Source: Takakia lepidozioides (taxonomy: Eukaryota > Plantae > Bryophyta). From it: a DNA stretch of 64,000 bases. The stretch spans positions 46,314,001-46,378,000 of the forward strand of contig CM060731.1 of the NCBI GenBank assembly GCA_030704615.1, read 5' to 3'. The number at the start of each line of letters is the position of its first letter. The first letter of the stretch is position 1. The translations under genes were made by a program, and so were the position numbers. Shown piece after piece: positions 60,756-64,000 of the stretch. The notes below the pieces were generated by a model. It saw only the letters and a list, made by a program, of their open reading frames with translations, made no database searches and had not been told where the DNA came from.

Positions 60756-63700
60756 CCCATTTCCTTGGGTGGTACAGTTCCTTGAGCCTTGTGATCGGCG
60801 CCTCATGGCGAGGTTACTAGTACTAGGTTATTTTCTCCTCCCACTATAATTATGGGGCCTGATTTGTGAGCGGAAGTTGCTCCTCGGTATTTCCCTTCTT
60901 TTAAGAAAAAAGAAAAAAGAAATCCTAACCCTGATTATCTCGGTTAGTGTCCTCTTGTTTGTCTACTCTTGGGAGGTTACTTGTCGAAAGTACCAACTGA
61001 CATCATGGAGCAGTTTCACCACCCTACCTCAGTGAATAATTTGAGGCTCCAGAGCTACCACAAATCATCTGTGAAAATTGAGCCTTACTATAGAGGTCAT
61101 GCATACCGGTCACACCTATTACCATACCAAAAATGGGTTCTCACCAACCCCAGCAACTGGGAACATAAACCCCCATGAAAGCAAGCTACGGGAGTACCCC
61201 AGCCTGAAGGCAGAAAGAGAGAGATTAGAGGGGTTTGAAAGCAAGACCTGCACATGATGTCACCCCGCCGGGCCAAGGCCCCACAATTTCATTGTTGAAT
61301 ATATTTGGCACTAGGCGAGGAGCAACTAGTAACTACTAACAATGTCCAGGAAAATGTGATGATTTTAAATTTTACAAAAAGTTTAACATTTTTCCTCAAT
61401 TTTCTTGGGTTTCCAAGGAAACAGCAGCCCCAGCAACGGGGCTTCTTTTTAAAGACCAAGCCACCAGCTTTTATTGAATGATAAATGAGGGGGAAGTAAA
61501 TCCTCGACGCCATAAGGCTTAGTACATTGGATAAAACTGTGTGAACTTGATATGTAATAGTTGGTTATAAGTCAGAACATAGCTACGTGGATGAGGAGGG
61601 GCCCAGTATGCAGGCACTGTATTGACAGCCATATAAGAGCAGAGCAAGACAACGCGACAAAGTCTCATCCAAGTTTGAGTTGAATGACCCACATATCCCT
61701 GCATCACCCGAGAAGAGAGACCAGCAATATAACCCATCACGGAAGATGTGAATGTCCCCAAACACGCCGCTGCTGCCATACCGCACCCAACATCGTTCCA
61801 TCGTGCCGGGTGTCTATGAATGAAATCGGTATAGCCTTAGGCATAGTCAATGTAACGTATCAGGTATTGAAGAGTATGGAATAGTATTAGTGGTTAAATA
61901 ATTTGATATGACTTTTGCTTAATTGTCCACTGTGGACGGCGCACTGGCCAGTGCGCACATTCGAAACTCATCTTGGGATCCCGGTGGGTGTGCAGGCGGC
62001 GCCTGCACCTCCCTCGGAGGTTTGCCACAGCGGCGCTGTTGGGCAAACAATGCAATTAAATGTACAATATAAGAGGCCTCGTGCCCCTCAGGGGCCTCCC
62101 GGAATGTGTGATCAAGGCTAGTCGGCTAGGCAGGCCCTCCAGCTCTGTGCTTCTCTGCGCCCGTTTTTCTTTTTTTGGTGATTTGTGTCCGTACTGGAAT
62201 CCATGATCCTATCAAGTACATATGTGCTCTATACTCACCATCACGTAAGGCTTCTCTCAGTTTAAGATTGTGCAGTTTCTTTGTTTATGGCCTGCATGTG
62301 TGTAGGTGAGGTATGTGCGGTTGAACAGAAAGGAAACATATTAAAAATCTTCAGACTGATCGAGGGGTTTGCAGACCTCAGTGAGTGGTGTGCCTGCATG
62401 GATATCATATTTCTCTGGAGTTGCCGATTATGAGTGTTGGAGCTAAATTCAAGATAGATGTGCATGTATGTATACACATTACCACATCAAAAATCCTGCA
62501 CTTGGAGACGCCCCTTAACTGGAAGTCGCGCAGTGGTAGGCTACACCAGGGCTGATGCAGTCACCTCTCATGACTCATTAACTACCAGCCTCTTTTGGAT
62601 GAGGGTTACTTGGTCTGGCATACCACTATTGAACATCAACATCAACTCTCAATCATTCAAATACCAACTCCCTTTTTACTCCTTGTAGCTGAGGGTTTGC
62701 TTGTCTCGCATACCACTTGAAGCCCCCAAACATTCCAGAGTACATCCAAAGATTCTCATGTTTCTTGCCTGGCAGAAGTGGATAGTGAATTAGTTTATGA
62801 AATACTGTACTTTTCTTTCCTCTTTGCTTTTACTTAAACCAGTAGTGAGACGGTGCTTTTATGAAATTGTTGTGCCCCTTTCTGTGAGACACCATGCGAA
62901 TGGGGCTCAAAGCCCGGATAACAGTGTGCTGGTGAAGGGGTGATTGTATTGCGAAGGCCATGCTTCCAAGCAGTGCCGTTTATTCCCTGGAATGACTGTG
63001 GGGTTCAACACGGCATCTTCAATTTTTGCTGACCAGTCACAGATGTTGTTGTCAATCATAAATTTTGCAGAGAAGCTGGGTGGAGGGGGAGAGAACGTAG
63101 ACTTGCCCAGTAGCAATTCTGAACACAAGCCTCCATGATCCACAGTCATTTATACGTGCGTTTTTGCAATTTTCTTTTTCACTTTGCTGTAATGTCTGGG
63201 CGAAGAACGCGCTCCATAGTTTCTCGTTTTTGCAGCTCTTGCTGTTGTTTGGTGTCACAGCTAGTACCATCTAGTTTGCAGCGATGTGAAGGACAGCCAA
63301 AGCCTGATATAATATTTAGCAACTGCTCCAGCCCCATCTGCAAATGGAGACTTTATTGTAAGTAGCATTCAAAACAATTTTGTTGAGCTCCTCCCCATCA
63401 TATTAAAGTTTTGGACCGTTATCATAACTTGAAGTTTCGGATGTCTGAGTTGGGCTTGCAGCCTTGAGATAGACCGATGGTACAGATAGCACTGGAATGA
63501 GTCGAATTGGAATTGAAGGAGCTGCAATATTGCTTGGGTCTTGGATGCCAGCCCAAAATTCACCACCTAGGACCATCCCACGATGTTCATTCAACTGAAA
63601 GCTTGTGGGCCGGCCCCTTGCGCTAGTTTGCCAATATTGACAAACTAGACATCTGGTCATAAGTCCCGCCCCAAGACATGAAGGTGGCCTCCACAGAAAC

Positions 63701-64000
63701 AATGGAGTTGGCTCAGCATCATGTTATATCTTGCCATGACATCCTGCCAACTTATTTTCCTGTACATAGCTTTCGCCCTGCTGTCCCAGGTGGCTGGAAT
63801 GAGCTGTTGATTCATAGTTGGCCGGACTTTGAGAAATATCATGAGTGTATAAGTCAAAGTTTGGAACCATACAGATAGTGTTGGAATGATTCTCTTAAAG
63901 TAAAACTGCATTACTTGGGGTGCACATCATGAGTATAGGAAGTACTCTGATAGTGAAGCGGGTAGTCATTCTACGCAATAGCAGAGTGTAATGTTTTCAG

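Noticed and set aside
60813-61333. MITE from GTTACTAGT/ACTAGTAAC inverted words
   Set aside because: Patchy complementarity and no TSD.
61519-63911. Minus-strand ORFs as a coding gene
   Set aside because: Interrupted by stops and no family motif recognised. Would need BLASTx.

Overview
Eukaryotic nuclear DNA, most likely from a non-seed land plant (inferred from PLS-class PPR repeats, a Tf1/Tcn1-type chromovirus and short GT-AG introns). The left ~48 kb is a nest of transposable elements with one host gene (SGF11) and a 500-nt assembly gap. The right ~15 kb holds an intronless DUF3754 gene, UBR7 and a cluster of gene fragments. Main reconstruction: one chromovirus LTR retrotransposon (TSD CTACG) is split in pol by a ~12.8-kb inversion (~6087-18850). 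Undoing the inversion and removing nested inserts joins a CACTA-like left end (11436), a Cys/His Zn-finger plus SET-domain gene (12121-13639) and a Tnp2/DUF4216 transposase relic (455-1241) on one strand. This points to a CACTA transposon carrying its own SET (lysine methyltransferase-fold) gene. Also present: a self-priming PBS, a TGT...ACA element with 4-bp TSD (Ginger-like), a full-length non-chromovirus Ty3/gypsy with an extra upstream ORF interrupted by a Pack-CACTA carrying a PPR fragment, and a MULE-type MITE. All family calls are by-eye motif recognition; no searches were run.
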